A DNA stretch of 49,220 nt from Pseudomonadota bacterium (GTDB taxonomy: Bacteria; Pseudomonadota; Gammaproteobacteria; Steroidobacterales; JBCBZW01): the NCBI GenBank assembly GCA_039815145.1, contig JBCBZW010000030.1, positions 1 through 49,220 on the forward strand. Reading direction: 5' to 3'. Positions 1 through 8,636 of this stretch are shown here, one piece after another. Within the stretch, counting starts at the first letter, position 1. Each line of letters starts with the position of its first letter. A program made the translations under genes and the position numbers. Under the pieces are notes generated by a model. It made no database searches and had not been told where the DNA came from. It saw only the letters and a program-made list of their open reading frames with translations.

Positions 1-669
1 ACGGCGTTGCTCGCCGTGTGGCGCAACTCGGCCATGGTGGCCTCGCGTTACGTGGGCGGCGTGCAGGTGGATCGTGCGGTGGTGGGCCAGGACGGCGGTG
101 GCGATCCGCTCACGCCGATCGCCGCAGACCGTCAGCGCGAGGCGATGGCGATGCTAGCGGATAAGGTGTTCGCGCCCGATGCCTTCGATATGCCGCCGGC
201 CCTGCTCCGCCAGACGCTGCCCCAGCGTCGTGGCTTCGATCACTTCGGCAAGACGGAAGATCCGAAGGTGCACGATGCCGTGCTGGCGATTCAAAGCGTC
301 GCCCTCGATCACCTGCTGCACCCGGTGGTGATGAAGCGCCTCACCGACAGCGCGGAGTACGGCAATGACTACACCCTCGGCCAGATGATGACGGAACTGA
401 CCGACGCCATCTTCAAGGCCGACGCCAAGGGCGAGATCAACTCCTATCGCCAGCAGCTTCAGGCCAACTACGTGGCGCGCCTGTCGGCCATGGCCGACGG
501 GGGTGATGCGGCCAAGGCTTACCACGCGCCGGCAGTGGCGATGGCGTCCTACAGCCTCAAGCGTATCGGCGAGATGCTGGACGGCAAGGGGCGTCGCGAC
601 GTGGAGAGTGCAGCGCACGTCTACGCGTTGCAGCTGAAGATCGAGCGGGCGTTGGCGACGCAGAGCTAG
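1..669 (+). CDS. C-terminal fragment of a zinc-dependent metalloprotease-like protein (5' end outside window)
   Basis: The frame is open from position 1 (ORF track 7..669). Coding-like composition. The protein resembles the C-terminal regions of large secreted Zn-metalloprotease (DUF4953-type) families. Assignment is by recall only. Confidence 0.55.
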   Translation, partial: TALLAVWRNSAMVASRYVGGVQVDRAVVGQDGGGDPLTPIAADRQREAMAMLADKVFAPDAFDMPPALLRQTLPQRRGFDHFGKTEDPKVHDAVLAIQSVALDHLLHPVVMKRLTDSAEYGNDYTLGQMMTELTDAIFKADAKGEINSYRQQLQANYVARLSAMADGGDAAKAYHAPAVAMASYSLKRIGEMLDGKGRRDVESAAHVYALQLKIERALATQS

Positions 670-696
670 TCCACGCGCGCAACCGGTCGGCCGGCC

Positions 697-1482
697 CTAC
701 CTATCGGCCGGCCGTAGCGAGATCTTCGAGGGCAGGGAGCCCAGGGAGTCGAACAGGCCGAGCGTGTAGCCCGGGCCCTCGTTGTCGAAGGTGGCCATGG
801 GCACGTAGAACAGGGTCGCCTGTTCCTCGGCATCGGGCAGGGTGGCGTCGACGAGGCGCCATGCACCGTCCACGAACACTTCGTTCCACGCGTGGCCGTA
901 GGCAGCGTTTGCCTCGGCCACGATCAACGCCCCGAACACCACGCGGGCTGGCAGGCCTTGCGCACGGCTCAGGGCCGCCAGCAACACCGAGTGCTCCGTA
1001 CAGTCGCCGGCCCCGGCGCGGACGGCTTGCGAGGCGAGATCGAAGCTCCGCGCGTAGGTCTTCTCAGGCAGTGCTTCGAAGACCAGGCGGGCGAGATCCG
1101 CGGTGGCAGGAGGTGCATCACTGGCCGGATCCAGGTCCTTGGCCTGGGCATCGAGAGGGGCGAGTTCGGGCTCGTCGAAATCGATGACGAAGCTCGCCTC
1201 GGAGTGACGGGGCAACGGCGGCGAGGTAAAGCGATCCTGTCCCGCCACCACCAGATCGAGCGCATCGGGGCGAACGGCCTCCACGATCACCGTGCTCTGC
1301 GCGTAGCGTTCCGCGGCCCGCGCGCTCTGGCGCAGGGACAGGGTCAGGTGGAGGGGCTCGCCGGGCCTGATCTGCACGCCGTTGGCCTCGAAGGGAATCG
1401 AGGCCACGTACGGTTCGCCTTGCTGAGCGTACGCCGCTATCGTCCCGCCAAGCGCTGCAATGGCGAGGGCTCGGCGAAGCAT
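697..1482 (-). CDS. transglutaminase-like cysteine protease superfamily protein, secreted
   Basis: ORF 697..1497. An internal ATG at 1482 gives an N-terminal signal peptide (MLRRALAIAALGGTIAAYAQQ). A Cys-His-Asp transglutaminase-like core is present (GDCTEHSVLL ... HAWNEV ... D). The gene sits 15 bp downstream of the preceding minus-strand gene. Confidence 0.7.
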   Translation of the reverse strand: MLRRALAIAALGGTIAAYAQQGEPYVASIPFEANGVQIRPGEPLHLTLSLRQSARAAERYAQSTVIVEAVRPDALDLVVAGQDRFTSPPLPRHSEASFVIDFDEPELAPLDAQAKDLDPASDAPPATADLARLVFEALPEKTYARSFDLASQAVRAGAGDCTEHSVLLAALSRAQGLPARVVFGALIVAEANAAYGHAWNEVFVDGAWRLVDATLPDAEEQATLFYVPMATFDNEGPGYTLGLFDSLGSLPSKISLRPADR

Positions 1483-1496
1483 GACGACCAGCACCA

Positions 1497-2753
1497 CTAG
1501 GGCAGCTCACCGGAGGAGTACACGAGTTCCATGCTCATGGTGATACCCGCCATCGACATGGAGCCGTTCAGCATGCTGCCCGTCTCGTGCTCGTACTCAC
1601 CCTCGATGGCGATGGGGCCCACCGAGTAAGACCCTTGCGAGGTCTTCTTGCCGCGCTTGCCCAGGGCGAACTCGGCCGTGATGAAGCTGGAGGGATCCGC
1701 CCCGGTCACCCAGACGGGGATCTGAGCCGACGTGCGGGTGTCATCCTTCAGCAGGGCACGCATGGTGAGGCTCTCACCGAGGATGGAGAGCGGTCGCACC
1801 TCGTCGCCCAGGTCGAAGGCGACCTCCTTGCCCTGCATACGGCCGGTTACGCTCCAGTTGCCGGACTCGTCGGCACGCAGCTTGAGGGCGGTGGTGACCT
1901 CGCCGTTCTCGGCGGATTCGGAGAAGGCGTTGATCACCTGGCCATCAGAGGTGCTGCGAGCGAGCTCCTTCGAGTCGCTCGTGCTCAGGGTGAATTCGTC
2001 CACCTGCAGGGCCATGGACATCTCCACCACCGTGACCGTGTCGCCGTCCTCGGCCTGCCGCATCTCGTGCCAGGCGAGGCCCGCGGGACGGCCGGCAACG
2101 GTAAACGTGTGGATGCCCCGCAGGTAGGGCGCCTGGTAGTCGTGAGGCCAGGTGGCCGATCGCATCACCTGGTCGAACAGGGCGGCGAAGGTCTCCCGAT
2201 AGCCGAGCTGATCGTGGGCGCACACAAACAAGGTGCCATCCTTCTGGGCCGCACGCATTTTGAGCAGGCCGATGTTGGTCTCGCCGTCGCGCTCGATCAC
2301 CCATAGCCACTCGTTGGCCATGTAGGGCATGTCTTCGATCACGCCGAAATCGTTGTAGTAGACGATGCGTTGTTTGATCGGGGTGTCGTTGACCCTGGCG
2401 TTCTCCGCCAGCAGTGCGTCGACCAGCAGCTTGACGGTGGTGGCCATGTATTGGGGTTGACCGTAAACCCAGCAGCTCGCGGGGACATCGGCGCCGATGT
2501 CGACGGCGAAGTAGAGGCTGCCCTCCATGTTCTCCGTTTCCGTGAGCTTACCCAACACCTTCATTTGGAGATCGCCGGCCGTCGCAGGCTTGGTGCGCTT
2601 GCGCTTCTTGCGCTCCGTGGCCATTGCCTCCTTCAGCCAGGTGGGCCACTCGTCGGGGATCTCCGGCGCGGGCGCGGCAGCCAGCGCACGATCGACCGAG
2701 AGGATCAGGAGGCTAAGTACGACAAGGAAGACCGTTCTGATGGGACTGGACAC
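1497..2753 (-). CDS. hypothetical secreted protein (about 418 aa)
   Basis: Long ORF 1497..2927. A likely GTG start at 2753 is preceded by a perfect AAGGAG 8 nt upstream and yields an N-terminal signal peptide (SSPIRTVFLVVLSLLILSVDRALAAAP). No recognisable domain. Confidence 0.65.
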   Translation of the reverse strand: MSSPIRTVFLVVLSLLILSVDRALAAAPAPEIPDEWPTWLKEAMATERKKRKRTKPATAGDLQMKVLGKLTETENMEGSLYFAVDIGADVPASCWVYGQPQYMATTVKLLVDALLAENARVNDTPIKQRIVYYNDFGVIEDMPYMANEWLWVIERDGETNIGLLKMRAAQKDGTLFVCAHDQLGYRETFAALFDQVMRSATWPHDYQAPYLRGIHTFTVAGRPAGLAWHEMRQAEDGDTVTVVEMSMALQVDEFTLSTSDSKELARSTSDGQVINAFSESAENGEVTTALKLRADESGNWSVTGRMQGKEVAFDLGDEVRPLSILGESLTMRALLKDDTRTSAQIPVWVTGADPSSFITAEFALGKRGKKTSQGSYSVGPIAIEGEYEHETGSMLNGSMSMAGITMSMELVYSSGELP

Positions 2754-2946
2754 GTCATAAGCTCCTTGGGTCGGGGCTGAGCGCTGGCGGTGGGAGATGG
2801 CGCGAAAGTCTGCCCGGGTTTGGCCGTGGATGCGACCCTTACGCGGCAGCCGGAGGCGATACGGGGCTCGCCGAACGGGCGAGTGGTGACTTGGGTCCCG
2901 CGAGCCTACGTCGGGGGCGTCCCCCATTGGACGCCCCCCTTCACTC

Positions 2947-4101
2947 TTACTGTTTCAGGCGCACGAGATCGCTGAGCAGCGACTCGAGCCCGGCACCGGC
3001 GCCGGTGTGCACGGAGAGTGAACCGATCTTCTCGGTCACCTTCTCCAGCGTCTCCAGCTCCTTCAGGCGCAGGGCGACGCTGTTGCTCTCCATCACCTTG
3101 GCCGTGTTGAGGAGCGAACGCGTGGCGTTGGTCTCCTCACGGCGACGGATTACGTTGGCCTGGGCCGCCTTCTCCGCCTCCACCACCTGGCCGAGCAAGG
3201 ACTTCATCTCGCCGGGCAGGATGATGTCCTTCACGCCAAGGCCAAGCACCTCGATGCCGATGGCGGCGAAGCGGGCCTTCACCCCCTCGAGCACCGAGTG
3301 GTTGATGGCCTCCTTATCCTCGAGCAGCGCATCGAGGGTTCGGGTGCCGACCACTGCCCGCAGGGCGAACTGGACCTCCTTGTAGAGGTGATCCAGCGGG
3401 TCCTTCGCTGCCGTCCAGGCGGTCTGTGCGTCGCGCACCTGGTAGGTGGCGGTCACGTTGATGCGCAGGCTCACCTTGTCGCGGGTCAGGATCTCCTGCC
3501 CCGAGACGTCGAGCGTGCGCACCCGCGTGTCCACCTGCTCCAGGCGCACGGCCGAGCGCAGACGCCAGAAGGCGTAGGTGCCGGCCGCCAGCGACTTCAC
3601 GAGCTCACCTTCGACGTAGAGCAAGCCGGCGCAACCCGCCTGTACCACGCTCAAGTTGACCGCGGCTTGCAGTCCGTCCACGTGCTCCTGCTCGTGGGCG
3701 GTGAACAAGCGCCGTGCCACGGGGAGGTCGAGCATCACGTCTTGCTCGATGTCGAAGCGCTCGACGCCAAGCGCGACCACACCCTTCCAGTACAGGCGCC
3801 GCTGCGCCGGCCCGAGCACCTGTGCCGGACGACCGTCGTAGGAGATCACGGCCACCTCGTTGGCGCCCGTGCTCACTACCTCGAGGCGTTCCGCCGTGGC
3901 GTCCGCCTCGCAGGTCACGAGGTAGTCCGTCAGCGGGTGCTGAAACCGCGGCGTCGCGATATCGAAGCGCTGGACGGTGTAGCGACCCCGCCAGTTGAAG
4001 AACCGGTACTTCCCCGGGTCGAGGAAGCGCTTGAAGTCCCCGTTGTGAAACAGGAGACCGCGCTCGTGCTTGCGCACGATGTGGTTAGTAAACAAGAACA
4101 T
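2947..4101 (-). CDS. SPFH/band-7 (slipin/stomatin-like) family protein
   Basis: 384-aa ORF. The N-terminus MFLFTNHIVRKHERGLLFHNGDFKRFLDPG and the core VSGQEILTRDKVSLRINVTATYQV are typical of SPFH-domain slipins. No NfeD partner is visible. Confidence 0.85.
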   Translation of the reverse strand: MFLFTNHIVRKHERGLLFHNGDFKRFLDPGKYRFFNWRGRYTVQRFDIATPRFQHPLTDYLVTCEADATAERLEVVSTGANEVAVISYDGRPAQVLGPAQRRLYWKGVVALGVERFDIEQDVMLDLPVARRLFTAHEQEHVDGLQAAVNLSVVQAGCAGLLYVEGELVKSLAAGTYAFWRLRSAVRLEQVDTRVRTLDVSGQEILTRDKVSLRINVTATYQVRDAQTAWTAAKDPLDHLYKEVQFALRAVVGTRTLDALLEDKEAINHSVLEGVKARFAAIGIEVLGLGVKDIILPGEMKSLLGQVVEAEKAAQANVIRRREETNATRSLLNTAKVMESNSVALRLKELETLEKVTEKIGSLSVHTGAGAGLESLLSDLVRLKQ

Positions 4102-4441
4102 TGGTGCGTTCTCCTTTGCTGCGGTGAAAGGCGGAGCTTGCGGCTACACCTCAAAGGTCCGACCGCCCATGCGATCGGCGTAAAGCGGGTGCCGTTCCCA
4201 CAGTGGCGGCGAGGACGTGCTGCGCCTGTTCCCACCGGACCGCCGGTGCGCCCCGCGTCGCGCGTCGACCGGATGATCGATGCGCTCCGAGGGGCGGGCC
4301 GCCGGTCGGGCGGGGCAAGCACGGCTCGCCGTCGCTGCCGCTGCTGCCCATCGCTCTTCGCGCACCTTGCGGCTTGCGCAAGCGATGCGCTGGGAACGGC
4401 TCCCTATGTCGAAGCGATACCCTCGCCTCAGGGGTTTCCAA

Positions 4442-4514
4442 GGAGGAATCTCGGATTTGAACCGAGGACTACGGAGTTAACTGTCCGTGCTCTACCCAAC
4501 TGAGCTAATTCCAG
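4442..4514 (-). tRNA. tRNA-like sequence, probably a degenerate or pseudo tRNA
   Basis: The minus-strand read CTGGAATTAGCTCAGTTGGGTAGAGCACGGACAGTTAACTCCGTAGTCCTCGGTTCAAATCCGAGATTCCTCC has a canonical D-arm (GCTC/GAGC) and T-arm (CTCGG TTCAAAT CCGAG). The acceptor stem pairs over only 5 bp (GGAAT/ATTCC) with C1-C72 and T2-T71 mismatches. The anticodon loop is 8 nt (CAGTTAAC, GTT core) rather than 7. No encoded CCA. Confidence 0.45.
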
Positions 4515-4634
4515 TACCTGTTTTGAGCAGGTTGGTGGCGGTTAATGGCTCCACGGAACGCACGCATGCGATGGCTAGCGTAGGTGCGCCGCGCGGGCTG
4601 GCAGAACCCGCTATGGCATCCATTGACCTCGGTG

Positions 4635-4672
4635 GGTTCGCCCACGCGCGGCGAGCGCTGCGTGGGCGAACC
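4635..4672. other. GC-rich hairpin (13-bp perfect stem, ggttcgcccacgc / gcgtgggcgaacc)
   Basis: Perfect inverted repeat in the non-coding region between the tRNA-like element and phhA. No U-tract follows. Confidence 0.5.
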
Positions 4673-4746
4673 ATCGTCGTTGCGCCAGGGCTGCGCGCGT
4701 GGCGCGCCGTGTCGCGGTACGACTGAATTCTCATGCGTCCCTCCCA

Positions 4747-4811
4747 ACCCGCTTTGCGGGCGAAACGAAAAGAGCCCCGATCAGCGCATGCCAACCGGGG
4801 CTCTTTCGGTT
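4747..4811. terminator. tandem hairpins resembling a bidirectional rho-independent terminator
   Basis: The first hairpin is cccgc-ttt-gcggg. The second has the stem agagccccg/cggggctct. On the plus strand the second is followed by TTTCGGTT; on the minus strand it is followed by CTTTTCGTTTCG. Confidence 0.45.
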
Positions 4812-5272
4812 GACAGGGAATACCCTGCCAACGATGTTCTGGCAGGGGTTAGGTCACGATCGGCCGCTGGCCGCCGAACACGGTGCGGGGGCAATGCCGC
4901 CACAACGCGGGCACGCGCAGGAAGGCCTCACGACGGCGCGCGTTACTGCGCTGCCTCGCGTCATGGGTGCCTAGTTGTATTGATAGTTTGTTCATAGGGG
5001 CGCGGAGTATACGCCTGTTCGATGGGGTGTCAACGGTCATCATCCTTGCGCAGGCATCAGTGCGCCCAACGGGGCGTCAGGTGGGATCGGCGGGCCAACG
5101 GCGTGCTGTCCTCAGCGTAGCCCTCACCGGACACCGCGGGCGCGCGGTCTGGCAGCGCGCCTGTCAAGTACGCGGCGCGTGCCCGCAAGCGCTACAATGC
5201 GAGCCGTTTTTGTCTCCCAGAACGGTTACTTCCGTGATCACCGATCGCCCCCGCGACACCACTATCCCCGAG

Positions 5273-6352
5273 ATGGGCAACGCCTTCTTCGACCCGCTGC
5301 TCCAAGACGCGGGCCACGGCATCACCGGCCCCGGCGGCGCCCTGCACCGTTATGCCCGCCGTCCCGCCGGCTATCGTCTGGAAGAGGAAGACTTCGACAC
5401 CACGGCCTGGCGCCTCCAGCGCCAGCCCCGCTACACGGACGCGGAACACGAGCGCTGGCGCCTGCTCTACGAGAACCAGCGCCGCCTCCTGCCCGGGCGC
5501 GCCTGCCAGGACTTCATGCGCGGCTTCGATGCCCTGAGCCCCCAGTTCGACAGTGGCATCCCCGATTTCGAGGACCTGAACAGGGTGCTGCGCCCCGCCA
5601 CGGGCTGGAGCGTGATCGCCGTGCCCGAACTCATTCCGGACAACGTCTTCTTCTGGCACCTGGAAAACCGGCGCTTTCCCGCCGGTGCCTTCATCCGCGG
5701 CGGGCATCCGCAGACGACCAAGGTGCGCGACGCCAACAAGGGGCGCGCCCCTGAGCACGTGGAGTACACGCAGGTGGAGGACGACCTCTTCTACTTGGAA
5801 GAGCCGGACATGTTCCACGACGTGTTCGGCCACGTGCCCATGCTCATGGACCCCTTCTTCGCCGACTACGTGCAGGCCTACGGCGCCGGCGGACGCCGCG
5901 CCATCGAGTACAACCGCCTGAAGAACTTCGGTGCCCTCTACTGGTACACGGTGGAGTTCGGCCTGATCCAGGAGGAGGAGGGGCTGCGCGTGTACGGGGC
6001 GGGCATCCTGTCCTCGCCGGACGAGACCCTGTACTCGCTCTACTCGCCGAGCCCCCATCGGGTGAAGCTCGTGCCCGAGCGGGTGATGCGCACGGACTAC
6101 GTGATCAGTGACTTCCAGGATACGTACTTCGTAATCGACTCCATCCAGGCCCTGCACGATGCGACGGCCGGCCGCGACTTCACGCCGATCTACCGCAAGC
6201 TGCCTGCTGGGTTCACCTACGCCACGACGTCCTGTCTGGACACGGACGTAGTGCTCCACGAGGGCACCCAGGAGTACAAGTTCAACGGCGGTGCCGGGCG
6301 TCCGCGGGCCATGGCGCACGTGGAGAAGTTGCGGGCGGAGTTCGGCGTCTAG
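5273..6352 (+). CDS. phhA: phenylalanine-4-hydroxylase (biopterin-dependent aromatic amino acid hydroxylase)
   Basis: The catalytic core is strongly conserved: NRVLRPATGWSVIAVPELIP, EEPDMFHDVFGHVPML (iron-binding His pair), YWYTVEFGL and YGAGILSS. The ATG at 5273 is in frame; the upstream extension of ORF 4883..6352 is rejected as an artefact. There is an N-terminal extension of about 45 aa relative to Pseudomonas PhhA. Confidence 0.9.
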   Translation: MGNAFFDPLLQDAGHGITGPGGALHRYARRPAGYRLEEEDFDTTAWRLQRQPRYTDAEHERWRLLYENQRRLLPGRACQDFMRGFDALSPQFDSGIPDFEDLNRVLRPATGWSVIAVPELIPDNVFFWHLENRRFPAGAFIRGGHPQTTKVRDANKGRAPEHVEYTQVEDDLFYLEEPDMFHDVFGHVPMLMDPFFADYVQAYGAGGRRAIEYNRLKNFGALYWYTVEFGLIQEEEGLRVYGAGILSSPDETLYSLYSPSPHRVKLVPERVMRTDYVISDFQDTYFVIDSIQALHDATAGRDFTPIYRKLPAGFTYATTSCLDTDVVLHEGTQEYKFNGGAGRPRAMAHVEKLRAEFGV

Positions 6353-6382
6353 GTTCTTGATCACTGCGAGGCGCAAGACACT

Positions 6383-6874
6383 ATGGACGTCGCTACCGTT
6401 TTGACCTTCGATGATCAGGCGCAAGCCGCGGCGGCGTACTACACGTCCATCTTCCCGCGCTCGCGCCTGATCCAGACCACCTACGCGCCTGCCGGCTTGC
6501 CGGCGACCGAGGGGTCGGTGATGAGCGTGTCCTTCGAACTGGCGGGCCGCCCTTTTCTGGCCATGAATACGGGCCCGGGATTTGCCATCGGTCAGTCGGC
6601 ATCCCTAGCCGCCCTCTGCGATGCGCAGTCGGAGGTGGACGTGTACTGGCAACGCCTGTTGGCGGACGGAGGTGAGGCCCTGGCCTACGGGTGGCTCAAG
6701 GATCGCTTCGGCGTGTCCTGGCAGGTCGCGCCGAAGGTGCTGTACCAGCTCATGGCGGACCATGATCCTGGGCGCCGCGCCCGCGCTATCGCAGCGATGA
6801 TGGGTATGGGTAAGTTGGATGCCCAGGCCCTGCTGCTGGCCGCCGACAGCCAGGAACTACCACCTAGCGAATAG
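6383..6874 (+). CDS. VOC-family protein (PhnB-like / glyoxalase-fold, 3-demethylubiquinone-9 3-methyltransferase-like domain)
   Basis: 163 aa. The motif GWLKDRFGVSWQV is typical of PhnB-like VOC proteins. ATG at 6383. Confidence 0.7.
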   Translation: MDVATVLTFDDQAQAAAAYYTSIFPRSRLIQTTYAPAGLPATEGSVMSVSFELAGRPFLAMNTGPGFAIGQSASLAALCDAQSEVDVYWQRLLADGGEALAYGWLKDRFGVSWQVAPKVLYQLMADHDPGRRARAIAAMMGMGKLDAQALLLAADSQELPPSE

Positions 6875-6877
6875 TGG

Positions 6878-7029
6878 CCTGTCCCAGCGGTTTCGAAAGT
6901 GCTGAGCGAGCCCTTCGTCCACGATCTGCGCGTTGCACTTCCTCGCAATGGCTCAGGCCATTACTCGTCAGTGCGCCTTCATCTCGCCGACGAATGACTC
7001 GCTCATCACTCCCGAAACCGCTGGGACAG
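6878..7029. repeat. palindromic MITE/REP-like repeat element, copy A (152 bp)
   Basis: Terminal inverted repeats cctgtcccagcggtttcg ... cgaaaccgctgggacag flank a conserved core (cacgatctgcgcgttgcacttcctc ... gtcagtgcgccttcatctcgc ... aatgactcgctca). The copy at 35587..35728 is about 80% identical in reverse orientation. This copy lies exactly between convergent genes. Confidence 0.8.
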
Positions 7030-7040
7030 ACCAGTTAGTC

Positions 7041-7793
7041 TCAGGGGAGGCATCTCCCCGCGCGTCCCAGCACGTCTTGGGCGGCGGCGAGGGGCTTGGC
7101 GAGCGCCGGCCACGCTTCGAGGCACGCGGCGCTGATCGTCAGCTCACCGGACGTGTTCGGTGGCAGCGCTTCACGCACCAGGAACCGCAGGGTTTGAACG
7201 GGCGGACCGGGTCGATTCGCGCAAGGCGAGGGTGATTGCAGGAGCACCCCTTCCACGGCACGCAGGGACTCGAGCAGGGGCACCGCGTCGCGGCCCTGCA
7301 GCGCGCGTCGGCAGGTGCGGCCCTCTCGATCGATTACCGTGGTCGCACGCTCGCCCCAGTTCGCCTCGAAGCGCGAGAAGGGGGCGCCCTGCGTCACCTC
7401 GAGCACGAGGTCGAAGGCCGGTAGGCGTGCGTAGGCGGCCTCGAGAACCGCGGCGGACTCCTGAGCGCTGTTGTAGAGCCCAAGCCCGAGGAGGGCCGCG
7501 ACGATGGTGCCGCCCACGCCCGCCACCCCGCTCGCGATCAGCAGCGGCCGCCTGGCCAGGCGCAGGGCGAGGATCAGGCCGAGGACCGCGCCACCGAGGC
7601 CGGCCAGCAAGCCGTAGCCGATGACGATGCCGGGACCGGCCAACCCGCTCCCCGCAGGCACGCAGCAGCGGCCCGCAATCGCCATTCCGAGCACGCCGGC
7701 CAGCAAGCCGAGTCCCACCGCCAGCACGGCGCCCAGGAGCAGGCGCAGGTGGGTGGGGACGCGGCGGCCGCGCTCGGCGCTCGGGGTCGTCAA
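7041..7793 (-). CDS. hypothetical membrane protein with a Gly/Ala/Leu-rich N-terminal helix region and a C-terminal soluble domain
   Basis: 250-aa ORF. The start is uncertain: the codon at 7793 is TTG with no SD. Hydrophobic GxxxG-rich N-terminal half. No recognised domain. Confidence 0.55.
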   Translation of the reverse strand: MTTPSAERGRRVPTHLRLLLGAVLAVGLGLLAGVLGMAIAGRCCVPAGSGLAGPGIVIGYGLLAGLGGAVLGLILALRLARRPLLIASGVAGVGGTIVAALLGLGLYNSAQESAAVLEAAYARLPAFDLVLEVTQGAPFSRFEANWGERATTVIDREGRTCRRALQGRDAVPLLESLRAVEGVLLQSPSPCANRPGPPVQTLRFLVREALPPNTSGELTISAACLEAWPALAKPLAAAQDVLGRAGRCLP

Positions 7794-7808
7794 GGGCGTG
7801 TCCCGCGC

Positions 7809-8402
7809 TTACTTCTTGCGTGCGTCGCTGATCTCCTTCACCGGGAAGTCGTTCAGGAACGGCGGCAACCCCTCCGTCGCGGCTTCGCGGCTGCGCATAT
7901 CGCGGCTGGAGACCTTCAGCAGCGATCCGTCAGCGAGGAAGATGGTGACGGCGCCGCTCTCGTCCAGCATCGCGTCCAAACCGTCCACACGCATGGCGCC
8001 GCCGCCCGCCGCCATGCCCATGCGCGCCAGCCCGGCGAGGCCGCCGAGGCCACCGCCGCCGGTACTGCCCGTGAGCTCAACGCGGATGGTCGCCTGAGCG
8101 CTCTTGTAGGTGGCGGTGGTGTTGGCGAAGCCCATCGCGCGCTCCTGGCGGAAGTCGGTGCGCTCGTAGTCCGCCACCTTTTCCGGGAACAGGTCCTTCA
8201 GCGCGCCCTCCGCTTCCTGCTCCAGTGCGGTGACGCACAGGCGCGCTTGCTCCAGCGCGCGGTTCAGGTCATCGCCGTCGATAGCTGCCTGGATTTGCTT
8301 GCAGCTGCTCTTGAGGTCCGAGCCGAACTCTACCTGTGCCGTGGCTGCGGCGCTCGCCAGCACGAGTCCCGCCGCGATCGCCAAGTTCACTCTCGAGGTC
8401 AT
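7809..8402 (-). CDS. hypothetical secreted protein with a Gly-rich C-terminal half
   Basis: ORF 7809..8456. The ATG at 8402 is preceded by AAGGAG and gives a signal peptide (MTSRVNLAIAAGLVLASAAATAQ). Confidence 0.6.
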   Translation of the reverse strand: MTSRVNLAIAAGLVLASAAATAQVEFGSDLKSSCKQIQAAIDGDDLNRALEQARLCVTALEQEAEGALKDLFPEKVADYERTDFRQERAMGFANTTATYKSAQATIRVELTGSTGGGGLGGLAGLARMGMAAGGGAMRVDGLDAMLDESGAVTIFLADGSLLKVSSRDMRSREAATEGLPPFLNDFPVKEISDARKK

Positions 8403-8636
8403 CGCATCCGCTCCTTGGGGGTCGATAGATAACACGTTGAGGGTGCATCGATGCACCGAGTTTGTGCAGAGAATACAGCGGCGGCGAGCGCGGTGCGATA
8501 CGCCACATGTACTAGGCGGCGACGGTGCGATGCATCATTCGATCGGTTTATTCGACCGATCGTCGATCAATCGGGGAGCTTGGTGCCCCTTGGCGACATA
8601 ATGTGCGCTTGCCCTTCTTTCGCCCGAAGATGCGTG

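Noticed and set aside
892-1500. Long plus-strand ORF (202 aa) antisense to the transglutaminase-like gene
   Set aside because: Arg/Gly/Ala-rich low-complexity translation typical of out-of-frame reading in 70% GC DNA. The opposite strand carries a recognisable domain.
3298-4503. 401-aa plus-strand ORF overlapping the SPFH gene and the upstream non-coding block
   Set aside because: It is antisense to a well-supported SPFH gene. The composition is Arg/Gly-rich and there is no recognisable domain.
4442-4514. Calling this a functional canonical tRNA-Asn(GUU)
   Set aside because: The acceptor stem has two terminal mismatches and the anticodon loop is 8 nt, so I report it only as tRNA-like or pseudo.
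4883-5272. N-terminal 130-aa extension of the phhA ORF
   Set aside because: The ORF caller's first start codon is far upstream. The extension (MRGQCRHNAGTRRKASRRR...) is not protein-like, and PhhA homology begins near the ATG at 5273.
5192-6424. 410-aa minus-strand ORF
   Set aside because: Antisense to phhA. A GC artefact.
6933-7235. 100-aa ORF inside repeat copy A, with a similar peptide to the ORF inside copy C
   Set aside because: The similarity comes from DNA repeat identity, and the substitutions are mostly non-synonymous. It overlaps the convergent gene's 3' end.
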